A stretch of DNA of 59,823 bases from Minisyncoccota bacterium (GCA_041665325.1 JBAYJB010000001.1:1-59823); one strand, 5' to 3'; shown: positions 20,136-29,138, counted from the first letter of the stretch. Notes: generated by a model from the letters alone, not told the origin. Made by a program: numbers and translations.

Positions 20136-20164
20136 AAAAAAGCGGCCTTCTTGCCGCTTTTTTG
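20136..20164. terminator. Bidirectional rho-independent terminator between gyrB and a convergent pilin gene
   Basis: AAAAAAGCGGC-CTTCTT-GCCGCTTTTTT: a GC stem flanked by an A-run and a T-run. Confidence 0.6.
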
Positions 20165-20186
20165 TTCATGTTGGTTAGCGCTCAAA

Positions 20187-20885
20187 TTAATGACACTTGC
20201 CGTCGGTGACATCTTTGGTCGTGTAAGAGTCGGGAAATGTTCCAGTATAGCCGGGAATCCAGCCGTCGTTGGTCTTGATGCTATTGCCGGATGAGTCAAG
20301 ACAGAAATACCCAGACATTTCATTTGGAGCAAGGTGCGTCGGCAGCGCGTTCGCATAAGCGACCTCTATCGGTGAGAAATATGTCAGTTTGAGAGGTATC
20401 TTGGATGAATATATGGCATAGCTCTTGACCGGACCGCAGGCAGGGGATACATAGATTGTCAGGCCGTTTATATCATACCCCCCGTCATTGATCATTGTTA
20501 AATATGCCGGGCTTCCCGGGGTACAGCCGTCCGTGCCAAAGGAGTATGTGCCTCCACCATAAGCTCCGCCGTTCTGGGCTAGAATGTCATTGATGGTGCT
20601 TGTGATCTTCGGGTTGGTGAAGCTGTTAGTAGCGACGACCGACGTAAAACCCATTGAGCCGGCATCTGACGCGTAAGCAAAATCAGTGTACGAATTTCCA
20701 TTCCAACCTTGTTCAAATAGATTGCGGAGTTGACCGACTGATTCGATCATCCGTGCATTCTTAGCCTGGTTGCGCGCGGCGCTCATCGAAGCGATGATGA
20801 GAGATGAGAGCACACTGACGATCGACATCACTACCAAGAGCTCTATCAGGGTGAATCCTCGTGATTTGTGGTATTTCATGACCAT
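20187..20885 (-). CDS. Type IV pilin-like protein
   Basis: MVMKYHKSRGFTLIELLVVMSIVSVLSSLI: prepilin motif G/FTLIE. Confidence 0.8.
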   Translation of the reverse strand: MVMKYHKSRGFTLIELLVVMSIVSVLSSLIIASMSAARNQAKNARMIESVGQLRNLFEQGWNGNSYTDFAYASDAGSMGFTSVVATNSFTNPKITSTINDILAQNGGAYGGGTYSFGTDGCTPGSPAYLTMINDGGYDINGLTIYVSPACGPVKSYAIYSSKIPLKLTYFSPIEVAYANALPTHLAPNEMSGYFCLDSSGNSIKTNDGWIPGYTGTFPDSYTTKDVTDGKCH

Positions 20886-20928
20886 GCTTGTGTTAAATAT
20901 ATAAAATTTGCCTTGCCGGATAATTGTA

Positions 20929-21444
20929 TCACACCGTCTTGACCTTGAGCTTGGATTGGCGTCTCTTGTCCAGCCGAGGCAACTTCAGGATGAGCAGGCC
21001 GTGCTTCTCTACCGCTTCGGCCTCATCGACGTCGATCTCCTCCGGCAGGGAGACAGTACGGGAGAATGATCCCCAATACAGCTCGCGGACAAGATAATCA
21101 TCGCTATCAGAGACCCTCTCCTCCTCGCGCTTGCCGCGGATAGTGACGCTCTCGCGGGTGATCGAGACATCGAGATCCTCCGGACGCACGCCGGCGATCA
21201 TACTCTTGACCACCACCATATCAGGCGTCTGGTATACGTCGACGGTGAGCTCGGCATCCCTCTCTGATTCTTCGTCGATCCAGTTCGAGTCGGCGCCGTC
21301 AGTGGGCTTCTTCGCGCCACGCGCGGCCGGGGCCTTTTCGCCATTCATCGGACGATGCATGGGCACTGGCTCAGTCTCGACCCCTTCATCCATGCGCACC
21401 GCTCCGGTCAAACGCTCGAAGAAAGATCTTTTTTCTTTGCTCAT
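20929..21444 (-). CDS. Small heat-shock protein (Hsp20/alpha-crystallin family)
   Basis: Alpha-crystallin domain: DVYQTPDMVVVKSMIAGVRPEDLDVSI...GSFSRTVSLPEEID...GLLILKLPR. Confidence 0.9.
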   Translation of the reverse strand: MSKEKRSFFERLTGAVRMDEGVETEPVPMHRPMNGEKAPAARGAKKPTDGADSNWIDEESERDAELTVDVYQTPDMVVVKSMIAGVRPEDLDVSITRESVTIRGKREEERVSDSDDYLVRELYWGSFSRTVSLPEEIDVDEAEAVEKHGLLILKLPRLDKRRQSKLKVKTV

Positions 21445-21521
21445 ATTTTTGTATACGCGGGCTGATTAATGGATTGTAATTATAGCTAGTAGCCATCGAG
21501 ACTGCAACCGTCGCTGACGGC

Positions 21522-22214
21522 TCACGGCGCGGGATTTTGCCGGACGACCTTGACCTCCTCGAAGAGCACGATGAGGACGACGACCGCTCCCCAGATCCAA
21601 CCGAAGGTCCGAAGGGTATCCATCGAGTCGGCGTTCGAGATGGCTAGGTTGAAGAAGATGTGGAGGGAGAGAGCCGCTCCGAGCCCGACGAACCATCCTG
21701 CGAACTTGGCTAGCTTCCCACGGTAGAAGGATAGCCCCATACCGAAGCCGATCAAGGCCGAGCTGACCACGTGGACGAGGGTGGCGCCGATGAAGCGCAT
21801 ATTGCCCGTGACGAGGCTTCCGACGATATTGCCGCCGGAGAGCGGCCCCAGGATGAAGAGGGCATTTTCGAGCGCCGCGAAGCCGAGAGCGGCCGTGATG
21901 AAGTAGATCATGGCATCGATCGGCTGGTCATAGGAGCGGGTGCGCAGGGCCACGATGGCGACGACGATGAACTTGAGGACCTCCTCGGTGATCGCCCAGA
22001 AGATATAGCGGTGAGAAGGGTCGCTGGTGATGCCGGCGATCATCTGTTCGATCGGGATGGAGGCGATCACGGCGATCATCCCGCCGATGAAACAAGCCGC
22101 CAGGAGGGAACGCGGCTCGGGTTGCTCGTGGTCTTCGCGTGTCCAGAAGAATAGCCAGATGAGAGAGGGGATGATGCCGGCGGCGAGGGCATAGACGAAG
22201 TTCAGATTGAACAT
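21522..22214 (-). CDS. PrsW-family intramembrane protease
   Basis: ATG 22214 gives MFNLNFVYALAAGIIPSLIWLFFW. Polytopic, with ITEEVLKF (EExxK) and an AALENALF / HVVSSAL pattern. TATAAT lies 6 nt upstream of this ATG. Confidence 0.75.
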   Translation of the reverse strand: MFNLNFVYALAAGIIPSLIWLFFWTREDHEQPEPRSLLAACFIGGMIAVIASIPIEQMIAGITSDPSHRYIFWAITEEVLKFIVVAIVALRTRSYDQPIDAMIYFITAALGFAALENALFILGPLSGGNIVGSLVTGNMRFIGATLVHVVSSALIGFGMGLSFYRGKLAKFAGWFVGLGAALSLHIFFNLAISNADSMDTLRTFGWIWGAVVVLIVLFEEVKVVRQNPAP

Positions 22215-22271
22215 GGGGCTATTATAGCAACAAGCGAGGGCGTGAGACAGCTTGTGTGCTATCATCACTTC

Positions 22272-23960
22272 ATGAAAAGGGGCCGTGAAATAGATCCGGA
22301 TGAGATCCTCCTCGACGCGAGCAATATCCAGCGATTTGATACCGACCAGTTCGAGGGTCGGCTCGAGCGGCCGATCTCGCGCGGCATGCTCTACACGACC
22401 GTGGGGTTCTTCATGGTCGTGGCGGCCGTCTTCATCATCCAGGCCCTGAACCTCTCGGTCGTCCACGGCGACGAATATCGGATCAAGAGCCAGAACAACC
22501 TCTTGCGCCCTGTGCCAATCTTCGCCAGCCGTGGGGCGATCTTCGACCGCAATGGCGTGTCGCTTGTTTGGAATGCGCCTACAGCTGACATCGGGACCAC
22601 CACGATCGGCGGCTTCCTCGAAGATACCGTGCCGCGCAGGGAATACGCCACGACCACCGGCCTGGCCCATACGCTCGGCTATGTTCAGTATCCGACCAAG
22701 GACAAGAACGGCTTCTACTATCGCGACGACTTCGAGGGTGTCGATGGCGCGGAGAAATATTTCAATGAACGGCTGACCGGTCAGAACGGTTCGCGCCTGG
22801 TCGAAGTCGACGCGCGCGGCAAGGTCATCTCCGAGAGCGTGGTGAGGCCGCCTTTGTCCGGCGCGACCATCACCCTGTCTATCGATAGTCGTGTGCAGTC
22901 CGCTCTCTATCGGAGCATCGGGGATATCGCCAGCCAATACGGCTTCACCGGCGGTGCCGGAGTGATCATGGATGTGACGACCGGAGAGCTCTTGGCTCTG
23001 ACCAGTTATCCGGAGTACAAGCCGCAGGTGATGTCCGACAAGACTGATGTGGCGGCCGTCAGGGCGGAGCTCGCCAACAAGGATCTGCTCTTTTTGGACC
23101 GCGCAGTCGATGGGTTATATACTCCGGGCTCGGTCGTCAAACCGTATGTGGCCATGGGCGTCCTGAACGAAGGCATCATCGACCCGTCTACTGTCATTGT
23201 CACTACCGGGTCGATCTCCGTACCCAATCCGTATGATCCTACAGTCATGAATATCTTCCGGGACTGGAAGAATCACGGCGCGCTCGACTTGCGCCACGCC
23301 ATCTCCGTATCATCGGACGCGTATTTCTATATCGTGGGCGGAGGATATAAGGATCAGAAGGGTCTCGGTATCACCAATATCAACAAATATTTCACCATGT
23401 TCGGCCTGGGCCAGCCGATCCCGAGCTCCTTCACGACCGGACCGCGCGGGGTGCTCTCAACTCCGGAATGGAAGCTCGCTACCTTCAAGGAAGGATGGTA
23501 TCTCGGCAATACCTATCACTCGGTCATCGGTCAATATGGCACTCAAGTCACGCCGGTGCAGATCGTCCGCGCCATGGCGACCATGGCCAACGAAGGGACT
23601 CTGCTCATCCCGACGGTCCTCGTGGGCGACGGTCCTCATGTGGAACGGACGCTCGATCTGCCCAAGAAGTATTTCGATGTCGTCCATGAAGGGATGCGGC
23701 TCGGCGTCAAGGAGGGGACGAGCGGAGCTCTCAACAGTCCATATGTCGAAGTGGCCGCCAAGTCCGGCACCGCCGAACTCGGCGTCTCCAAGGCCAACGT
23801 CAACTCGCTGATCACCGGCTTCTGGCCGTACAAGAGCCCACGCTATGCCTTCGTGGTCATCATGGAGCATGGCTCGGTCCACAACCTGATCGGCGCCGCC
23901 GCGGTCATGAAGGAACAGCTGCAGTGGATGGGGGAGAATACGCCGGAGTATTTTAAGTAA
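22272..23960 (+). CDS. mrdA: Penicillin-binding protein 2-type transpeptidase
   Basis: SxxK (GSVVKP), SxD (SVSSDAY) and K(S/T)G (AKSGTAE), with an N-terminal anchor. ATG 22272 is preceded by TATCAT-N6. The track start at 22242 is GTG. Confidence 0.85.
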   Translation: MKRGREIDPDEILLDASNIQRFDTDQFEGRLERPISRGMLYTTVGFFMVVAAVFIIQALNLSVVHGDEYRIKSQNNLLRPVPIFASRGAIFDRNGVSLVWNAPTADIGTTTIGGFLEDTVPRREYATTTGLAHTLGYVQYPTKDKNGFYYRDDFEGVDGAEKYFNERLTGQNGSRLVEVDARGKVISESVVRPPLSGATITLSIDSRVQSALYRSIGDIASQYGFTGGAGVIMDVTTGELLALTSYPEYKPQVMSDKTDVAAVRAELANKDLLFLDRAVDGLYTPGSVVKPYVAMGVLNEGIIDPSTVIVTTGSISVPNPYDPTVMNIFRDWKNHGALDLRHAISVSSDAYFYIVGGGYKDQKGLGITNINKYFTMFGLGQPIPSSFTTGPRGVLSTPEWKLATFKEGWYLGNTYHSVIGQYGTQVTPVQIVRAMATMANEGTLLIPTVLVGDGPHVERTLDLPKKYFDVVHEGMRLGVKEGTSGALNSPYVEVAAKSGTAELGVSKANVNSLITGFWPYKSPRYAFVVIMEHGSVHNLIGAAAVMKEQLQWMGENTPEYFK

Positions 23961-24093
23961 GTGAGACAGTAATAGGGTTCAGAGACACGGATATTTAGCT
24001 TTGCACGATCCTGCTGGATCGCCTGCTGAGAAATTCCTCGTGCTCGCGCCAGTCGCGCTCGCAAGTTCTCTTCACCCTATTACTGCCTCACTT
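23959..24093. repeat. ~135-nt element bounded by 17-24 bp imperfect terminal inverted repeats (MITE-like or long hairpin)
   Basis: GTGAGACAGTAATAGGG (23961-23977) versus the reverse complement of CCCTATTACTGCCTCAC (24075-24091): 16/17 match, extendable with 2 more mismatches. The interior carries a 27-nt motif also present in murF. Confidence 0.5.
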
Positions 24094-24169
24094 CTTCTGT
24101 AAATACGGTGATAACACTGGGGAGAAGCTGGGGATTGCCACATACAGCGGGGGATGTTTATATTAGTCT

Positions 24170-25297
24170 ATGAAAAAATCAATCATTTGGGTTGTGGGCA
24201 TCGTAATCGTGGTCATACTGATTATTGTTGCTTCTAACAAGAAGCCTACCGAGACCGGGCCGATCAGGATTGGATTCATCGGAGCACTTTCAGGTAATAC
24301 TGCCATATACGGTGAATCTGTCAGGAATGGTGTACAGATTGCGGTCGAAGAAATAAATAATGACAACGGAATTAATGGTAGACAGATCCAACTGATACAG
24401 GAGGATGTCGCTTGTTCAGATGGCAAGGTTGCCGCTTCTGCCGCACAGAAGCTTATATCCATAGATAAGGTGAACATCATCATTGGTTTTCCTTGCAGCG
24501 GGGAAGTCCTAGCTGTGGCACCAATCTCCGAGGCAACAAAAACGATAATATTTGCGCAGGGTTCCAGTCCAGCCATAACTGATGCAGGACAATATATCTT
24601 CCGTACCTGGCCAAGCGATGTCTTTGCGGGTAAGACGATGGCATCAAGAGTTTTTGCTGATGGGTTCAGGAAGGCGGCTGTAATAACCGAGAACACTGAA
24701 TACGCGACCTCTATTCGAGATGTCTTTGCCAAGGAGTACTCTACTATAGGTGGCGTTGTCTCTGCCTCGGAAACATTCAAGTCAGATGTAAAAGATTTTC
24801 GATCTATTATAGCCAAGGTGAAGCAGTCAAACCTGGACACCCTCCTCATCAATGCTCAAGCAGGAGGCAATGCTGCAGCGATAGCGAAGCAGGCTAGAGA
24901 ACTAGGGATTAAAACACAATTCTACGGGTACTTCTTTACGGGACCAGATTTCGTGAAGACCGGTCCAGCCGTAGAGGGGACACTTCTGTTGGATGTGCCA
25001 ACCCTAAATCCAAACAATCCCACCTCGGCCGCATTCCTTGCCAAATATGAAGCGAAATATAATCAAAAACCTAGTTATCCATTCTACTCCGGTGGTGGTT
25101 ATGACCAGATGATGCTGTTGGCGCAATCGATCAAAGAAGTTGGGATGGATACCGATAAGATAAGGGAGAGGCTAGAACAAGTCTCAGACTATGATGGTGT
25201 GATAGGTAAGTTCAGCTTTGACAAACAAGGTGATGTGGTTGGTGTCGACCTTAGTTGGGGCAAGATTATAAATGGTGAGTTTGAACCAATAAAATAA
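24170..25297 (+). CDS. ABC transporter substrate-binding protein, LivK/Peripla_BP_6 type, membrane-anchored (SBP1)
   Basis: MKKSIIWVVGIVIVVILIIVA anchor without a lipobox Cys, then GPIRIGFIGALSGNTAIYGESVRNGVQIAVEEIN. Confidence 0.85.
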   Translation: MKKSIIWVVGIVIVVILIIVASNKKPTETGPIRIGFIGALSGNTAIYGESVRNGVQIAVEEINNDNGINGRQIQLIQEDVACSDGKVAASAAQKLISIDKVNIIIGFPCSGEVLAVAPISEATKTIIFAQGSSPAITDAGQYIFRTWPSDVFAGKTMASRVFADGFRKAAVITENTEYATSIRDVFAKEYSTIGGVVSASETFKSDVKDFRSIIAKVKQSNLDTLLINAQAGGNAAAIAKQARELGIKTQFYGYFFTGPDFVKTGPAVEGTLLLDVPTLNPNNPTSAAFLAKYEAKYNQKPSYPFYSGGGYDQMMLLAQSIKEVGMDTDKIRERLEQVSDYDGVIGKFSFDKQGDVVGVDLSWGKIINGEFEPIK

Positions 25298-26418
25298 TGA
25301 AGAAATCAATTTGGTGGATCGTGGGAATAGTCGTCGTTATTCTAATAATCGTAGCAGTTTCGAACAAGAGGCCATCAGAGACCGGTCCGATCAAGATTGG
25401 ATTCATCGGGCCACTGTCTGGCGATGCCGCAGGAGTTGGAGAGCCGGTCGCCAATGGGGTTAGACTTGCGGAAAAGGAGATAAATGATGCTGGTGGTATC
25501 AAGGGTAGGAAGATCCAGGTGTTCTATGGAGACGGCAAGTGCGACGGGCCGACAGCAGTCTCTGTCGCTCAAAAGATGATTAGTATGGATGGGGTGCATT
25601 TCATCATTGGCGGGATTTGCAGCGGAGAAGTGCTGGCGGCGGCGCCAATCTTGGAGGCCGCAAAAGTCCTATCCATCTCTCCCGGCGCGACGAGCCCCAA
25701 TGTATCCAATGCCGGAGATTATGTCTTCAGAAATGCTCCCAATGATGCCGATCGCGGCGTTTCGTTGGCTGATTATGCAGCCGAACATTTTACGAGGATA
25801 GCGGCTATCTCTGAACAGACTGACTACTCACAGTCTTTGAAGAAGAGCTTTGTTGACCAACTGAACGTCAAAGGGATCCAGTTAGTCGCCGATGAGACTT
25901 ACAATTCTGAATCAACAGATTTCCGTTCAATACTCCTCAAGCTCAAGACAGCCAAGCCAGATGTGATCTTCCTCAACCCCCAATCTCCAGCCAATCTCAT
26001 CAGGCTTGCCCAACAGGCTCGCACTACAGGTATCACTGCGCAGTTTATCGCTTCTGAATTCATAGATGCCCAGGTGATGGCCGCCGGCGCGGCTGTGCAG
26101 GGTATGATCGTCAGTGTTGCCCCCGGCTTGTCTGCTGAAGGCAGGGGAGGGGAGCTCCTCACTGCTTACAAGGCGATGTTCGGTAAAGACGCCGATTATC
26201 CTTATTATGTCGGTGCGGCTTACGACAACCTCCACATCTTTGCGGATGGCATAGCCAAATATGGTGAGGATACGACTCTGATCAAGGATTATCTGTATGC
26301 TCTGGAGGATTACCCCGGAACGATAGGGACCTATTCCTTCGATGATGATGGTAATGTCGTGGGAGTCGGCTTCGTCTTCCAGAAGATCGTCGATGGCAAG
26401 GCAGTGCCAATCGAGTAG
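25297..26418 (+). CDS. LivK-type substrate-binding protein (SBP2)
   Basis: Anchor MKKSIWWIVGIVVVILIIV, then GPIKIGFIGPLSGDAAGVGEPVANGVRLAEKEIN. Its start overlaps the SBP1 stop (TAATGA). Confidence 0.85.
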   Translation: MKKSIWWIVGIVVVILIIVAVSNKRPSETGPIKIGFIGPLSGDAAGVGEPVANGVRLAEKEINDAGGIKGRKIQVFYGDGKCDGPTAVSVAQKMISMDGVHFIIGGICSGEVLAAAPILEAAKVLSISPGATSPNVSNAGDYVFRNAPNDADRGVSLADYAAEHFTRIAAISEQTDYSQSLKKSFVDQLNVKGIQLVADETYNSESTDFRSILLKLKTAKPDVIFLNPQSPANLIRLAQQARTTGITAQFIASEFIDAQVMAAGAAVQGMIVSVAPGLSAEGRGGELLTAYKAMFGKDADYPYYVGAAYDNLHIFADGIAKYGEDTTLIKDYLYALEDYPGTIGTYSFDDDGNVVGVGFVFQKIVDGKAVPIE

Positions 26419-26442
26419 ATGTCTATCAAGTAATCAACCGTC

Positions 26443-27552
26443 ATGCAAAATAAGACTCAGTGGACCATCGCGGCACTCATCATCATAGCTCTGGTCATCG
26501 TGTGGGGGTATAAAGCAAGCAATTCTCCGGACTCTATGGAACAGGAGATAGTTAAGATCGGCGTCATCGCACCACTCACTGGTAATGTGGCCTTCTTGGG
26601 AGAAGGGATAAGGAATGCTGCTCTCATGGCTGCGCAGGAATTGGCTGCCAGGCCGGACGGTCGTTTGAGATACGAGGTCATCGTCGAAGATGACTCATTC
26701 GACGTTAAGAAGACTGCTAGCGCAGCAAACAAGCTCATCAATATCGATCATGTCTCGGCCATAGTGACGATAGCCTCCTCGGCTGGAAATGTCGTCAATC
26801 CGATAGCTGAACAGGCCAAGGTTGTCCATTTCGGCATAGCATCAGATCCGAATGTTGCGAAGGGTGATTACAATTTCATCCATTGGACGCCACCATATGA
26901 GGAGACGAAGGTCTTTGTCCCGGAACTTGTGAAGAGAGGATATAGCAAGGTGGCGATCTTCGGAGCGAAGATCCAGGGTGTCACAGCTGTTATCGATTCT
27001 TTTAAGAAGGATATCGGTAGTACTAACGTCAAGGTTGTCAGTGAGCAGATATTTGACTTCGGGACTACGGATTTCCGCACGCTCATCGCGAAGGCCAAGG
27101 CTGCCAACCCCGATATCTATATGTTAGAGGCTTTCAGTCCTGAGATGGAGATCCTCGTCAAGCAGATGAGGGATGCCGGCATCACGACACCGATCACCTC
27201 TATCGAATCATTTGAACAGAGCGATCATCCGGAAGTATACGAAGGCCTCTGGTATGTCAATGCCGCAGATGCGACTGGTACCTTCAATGATTCCTATACT
27301 GGGTTATACGATAAGTCACCATCTCTTGGAGCGGGTAATGCTTATGACGTCATCCATCTCATTGCGATAGCCGCGGAGAAGGCCAGCTCCGGTTCACCAC
27401 TCTCATCGCAAGGACTCATCAGGGAGTTGCACACGATCAAGGACGTGCAAGGGGCTCTGGGCAACTTGAGTATAGATTCCGACGGATTCGTGGCTTCCAA
27501 AGCCGTTGTGCGCATGATCAAGGACGGCAAGCCGGTGACGATCAACCCATAA
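26443..27552 (+). CDS. LivK-type substrate-binding protein (SBP3)
   Basis: Anchor, then IVKIGVIAPLTGNVAFLGEGIRNAALMAAQE. Confidence 0.85.
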   Translation: MQNKTQWTIAALIIIALVIVWGYKASNSPDSMEQEIVKIGVIAPLTGNVAFLGEGIRNAALMAAQELAARPDGRLRYEVIVEDDSFDVKKTASAANKLINIDHVSAIVTIASSAGNVVNPIAEQAKVVHFGIASDPNVAKGDYNFIHWTPPYEETKVFVPELVKRGYSKVAIFGAKIQGVTAVIDSFKKDIGSTNVKVVSEQIFDFGTTDFRTLIAKAKAANPDIYMLEAFSPEMEILVKQMRDAGITTPITSIESFEQSDHPEVYEGLWYVNAADATGTFNDSYTGLYDKSPSLGAGNAYDVIHLIAIAAEKASSGSPLSSQGLIRELHTIKDVQGALGNLSIDSDGFVASKAVVRMIKDGKPVTINP

Positions 27553-27655
27553 GCTCAGCATCTGTACAACTCTACATTTCTGTAGTAGTGTCAAATCAGA
27601 GAACGCCATACCGGCGCGCTCATAGAAATTTCTAACAACAAGGAGGGTATCGCCC

Positions 27656-28576
27656 ATGAAAGATACATTCTACGGTGATACCCGGTCCCATCGGATCGGC
27701 TTTGCCGCTATCGTCATGGCCTGCCTTGCCGGCACGGTCACGACTGCTATGGCCGCCAAGGGCGGCGTCTTGGGGGACCAGCTCGTTCCCGAGGAGATGC
27801 TTTTCGTGAGGAGCGCCTGTGTAGCTGCCGCGGCATATGCTATCGCTCTCGGCAAAGTCTATCCGGTCAACTGGAAGATATTTTGGGCCGGCCTCTTGCT
27901 GGGCCTCTCGAGTATCTGCTTCTTCCGAGCACTCCAGGCCTGGAGGGTCAATCCGGTGGTGGTCATGCTCACGCTCGTGCCGGCGGTCAATATCGCTATC
28001 TCGTTTCTCGACGGCCACAAGCCTTCCAAGACCGTGATCCTGTCGGCCGCCTGTCTCATCCTCGGCTGCGCGATATCCGTCGCGCCGTCGAACGGTAGCT
28101 TCAGCCTGTCGGGACTCGCATGGTCCATCGCCTGTATCTTGACGAGCGCCTGGGGCTTCGACCTCTGGGGCAAGTGCCCGGAGTCGACTACCGTCTCGGA
28201 GAAATGCTTCTGGTATGGAGTCTCCGCGACTATACTCGCCGGCATTTCCGTCTATAGCCTCGGGCTACCACTTAGCCCCATCAAGTTCGCCGCCATCCCG
28301 GCCGTGACCCTGTTACTGTTCTGTGGGATGTCGGTGCTCTATATGTATGCGAGCATCATACCCTTCGACAAGCTAGGTAAGATGGATACGGCCAGAGCCA
28401 GCACGCTCCTCTATAGCTCGACCCCGATATCAATCCTCGGGGCCTGGCTCATCAACCATGAAGAGATGGCTCTCTGGCGCTTACCGGGTGTAGCGCTCGC
28501 AACTTTGGGAGCCATCTGGCTTACCAAGGAGACTCTCGGCAAGAATTTCACCCATCTCGCCGTCAAAGCCACTTGA
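27656..28576 (+). CDS. DMT/EamA-family permease
   Basis: 306 aa, about 10 predicted TM helices, two-repeat organisation. Canonical SD AAGGAGG lies 9 nt upstream of the ATG. Confidence 0.7.
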   Translation: MKDTFYGDTRSHRIGFAAIVMACLAGTVTTAMAAKGGVLGDQLVPEEMLFVRSACVAAAAYAIALGKVYPVNWKIFWAGLLLGLSSICFFRALQAWRVNPVVVMLTLVPAVNIAISFLDGHKPSKTVILSAACLILGCAISVAPSNGSFSLSGLAWSIACILTSAWGFDLWGKCPESTTVSEKCFWYGVSATILAGISVYSLGLPLSPIKFAAIPAVTLLLFCGMSVLYMYASIIPFDKLGKMDTARASTLLYSSTPISILGAWLINHEEMALWRLPGVALATLGAIWLTKETLGKNFTHLAVKAT

Positions 28577-28581
28577 GATCG

Positions 28582-28612
28582 AACCGCTGCCTAGCCTTGG
28601 GGGCGGTTTTTT
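28582..28612 (+). terminator. Putative terminator after the DMT gene
   Basis: AACCGC...GCGGTT stem with a large loop, followed by TTTTTT. Confidence 0.4.
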
Positions 28613-28633
28613 ATTTCCAAAACAAAAATCCTC

Positions 28634-28663
28634 TTGACATCCAAAGTTTGGAAGGAGTAGAAT
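28634..28663 (+). promoter_or_regulatory. Near-consensus sigma70-type promoter for a candidate small RNA (RNA1)
   Basis: TTGACA 28634-28639, 18-nt spacer, TAGAAT 28658-28663. Confidence 0.5.
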
Positions 28664-28669
28664 TGTCCT

Positions 28670-28771
28670 ATACCCGTGGGGTAACACCCCGGCTCGGTTA
28701 AGTCAGAGCGCAAGCTCTTAATACTGACAGCGGGTATACCAAAAGAGCTCTCTTTTTGTGAGGGCTTTTTT
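28670..28771 (+). ncRNA. Candidate structured small RNA (RNA1), convergent on the 113-aa gene
   Basis: Closing helix ATACCCG 28670-76 / CGGGTAT 28731-37, followed by ACCA. Internal hairpins GGGG-TAACA-CCCC and AGAGC-GCAA-GCTCT (GNRA loop). Terminator AGCTCTC-TTTTTGT-GAGGGCT plus a T-run at 28746-28771. It ends 2 nt before the convergent stop codon. Confidence 0.4.
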
Positions 28772-28773
28772 GT

Positions 28774-29115
28774 TTACTGGACGCTCCAGAAAAGTAAATA
28801 TTTTTGTAAGTCTTTCAAAATAACAGTGATGTTTATTCCTTTAACTTTTGCACTGACAGCGTAAAACAAATCGCCATTTCTGTTTCGTTGCATCATAGAT
28901 CCAATTTCCAAAACTGTTGGGGCATGAGTGATAAGATGCAGTCTTCGTAATTGATCGGATTTATTTCTGGGGTTCCCGTAACCATTGTAGGTCAGATGAC
29001 GAAATCCGGATGCGTCAAAGACCACATCAGCATTGACGCATTCATAGAATCTCGAACCGAGTTTAAAATACCAATCCCTTCTTTTCTTCAAGAGAAACTC
29101 GTAATTATCTTGCAT
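28774..29115 (-). CDS. Hypothetical 113-aa protein (unknown family; toxin-like genomic context)
   Basis: AT-rich ORF. ATG 29115 is preceded by TATGGT-N6. The track start 29121 is TTG. I recognise no family. Confidence 0.5.
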   Translation of the reverse strand: MQDNYEFLLKKRRDWYFKLGSRFYECVNADVVFDASGFRHLTYNGYGNPRNKSDQLRRLHLITHAPTVLEIGSMMQRNRNGDLFYAVSAKVKGINITVILKDLQKYLLFWSVQ

Positions 29116-29138
29116 TCTCAAACCATAACAGGGGAGGG

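Noticed and set aside
22215-22937. N-terminal ~240-aa extension of the PrsW ORF (track ORF 21522..22937)
   Set aside because: The extension overlaps PBP2 on the opposite strand and is low-complexity. The PrsW fold begins at MFNLNF (ATG 22214), which has a TATAAT-N6 promoter geometry.
24163-24852. 229-aa minus-strand ORF inside SBP1
   Set aside because: It is antisense to a gene with clear LivK-type motifs and has no features of its own.
28670-28741. Reading the 72-nt closed helix ending in ACCA as a genuine tRNA
   Set aside because: It has no D-loop GG, no T-loop GTTCGAAT-like sequence and no 7-nt anticodon loop on a 5-bp stem. The internal helices do not fit a cloverleaf. I keep it only as a structured RNA candidate.
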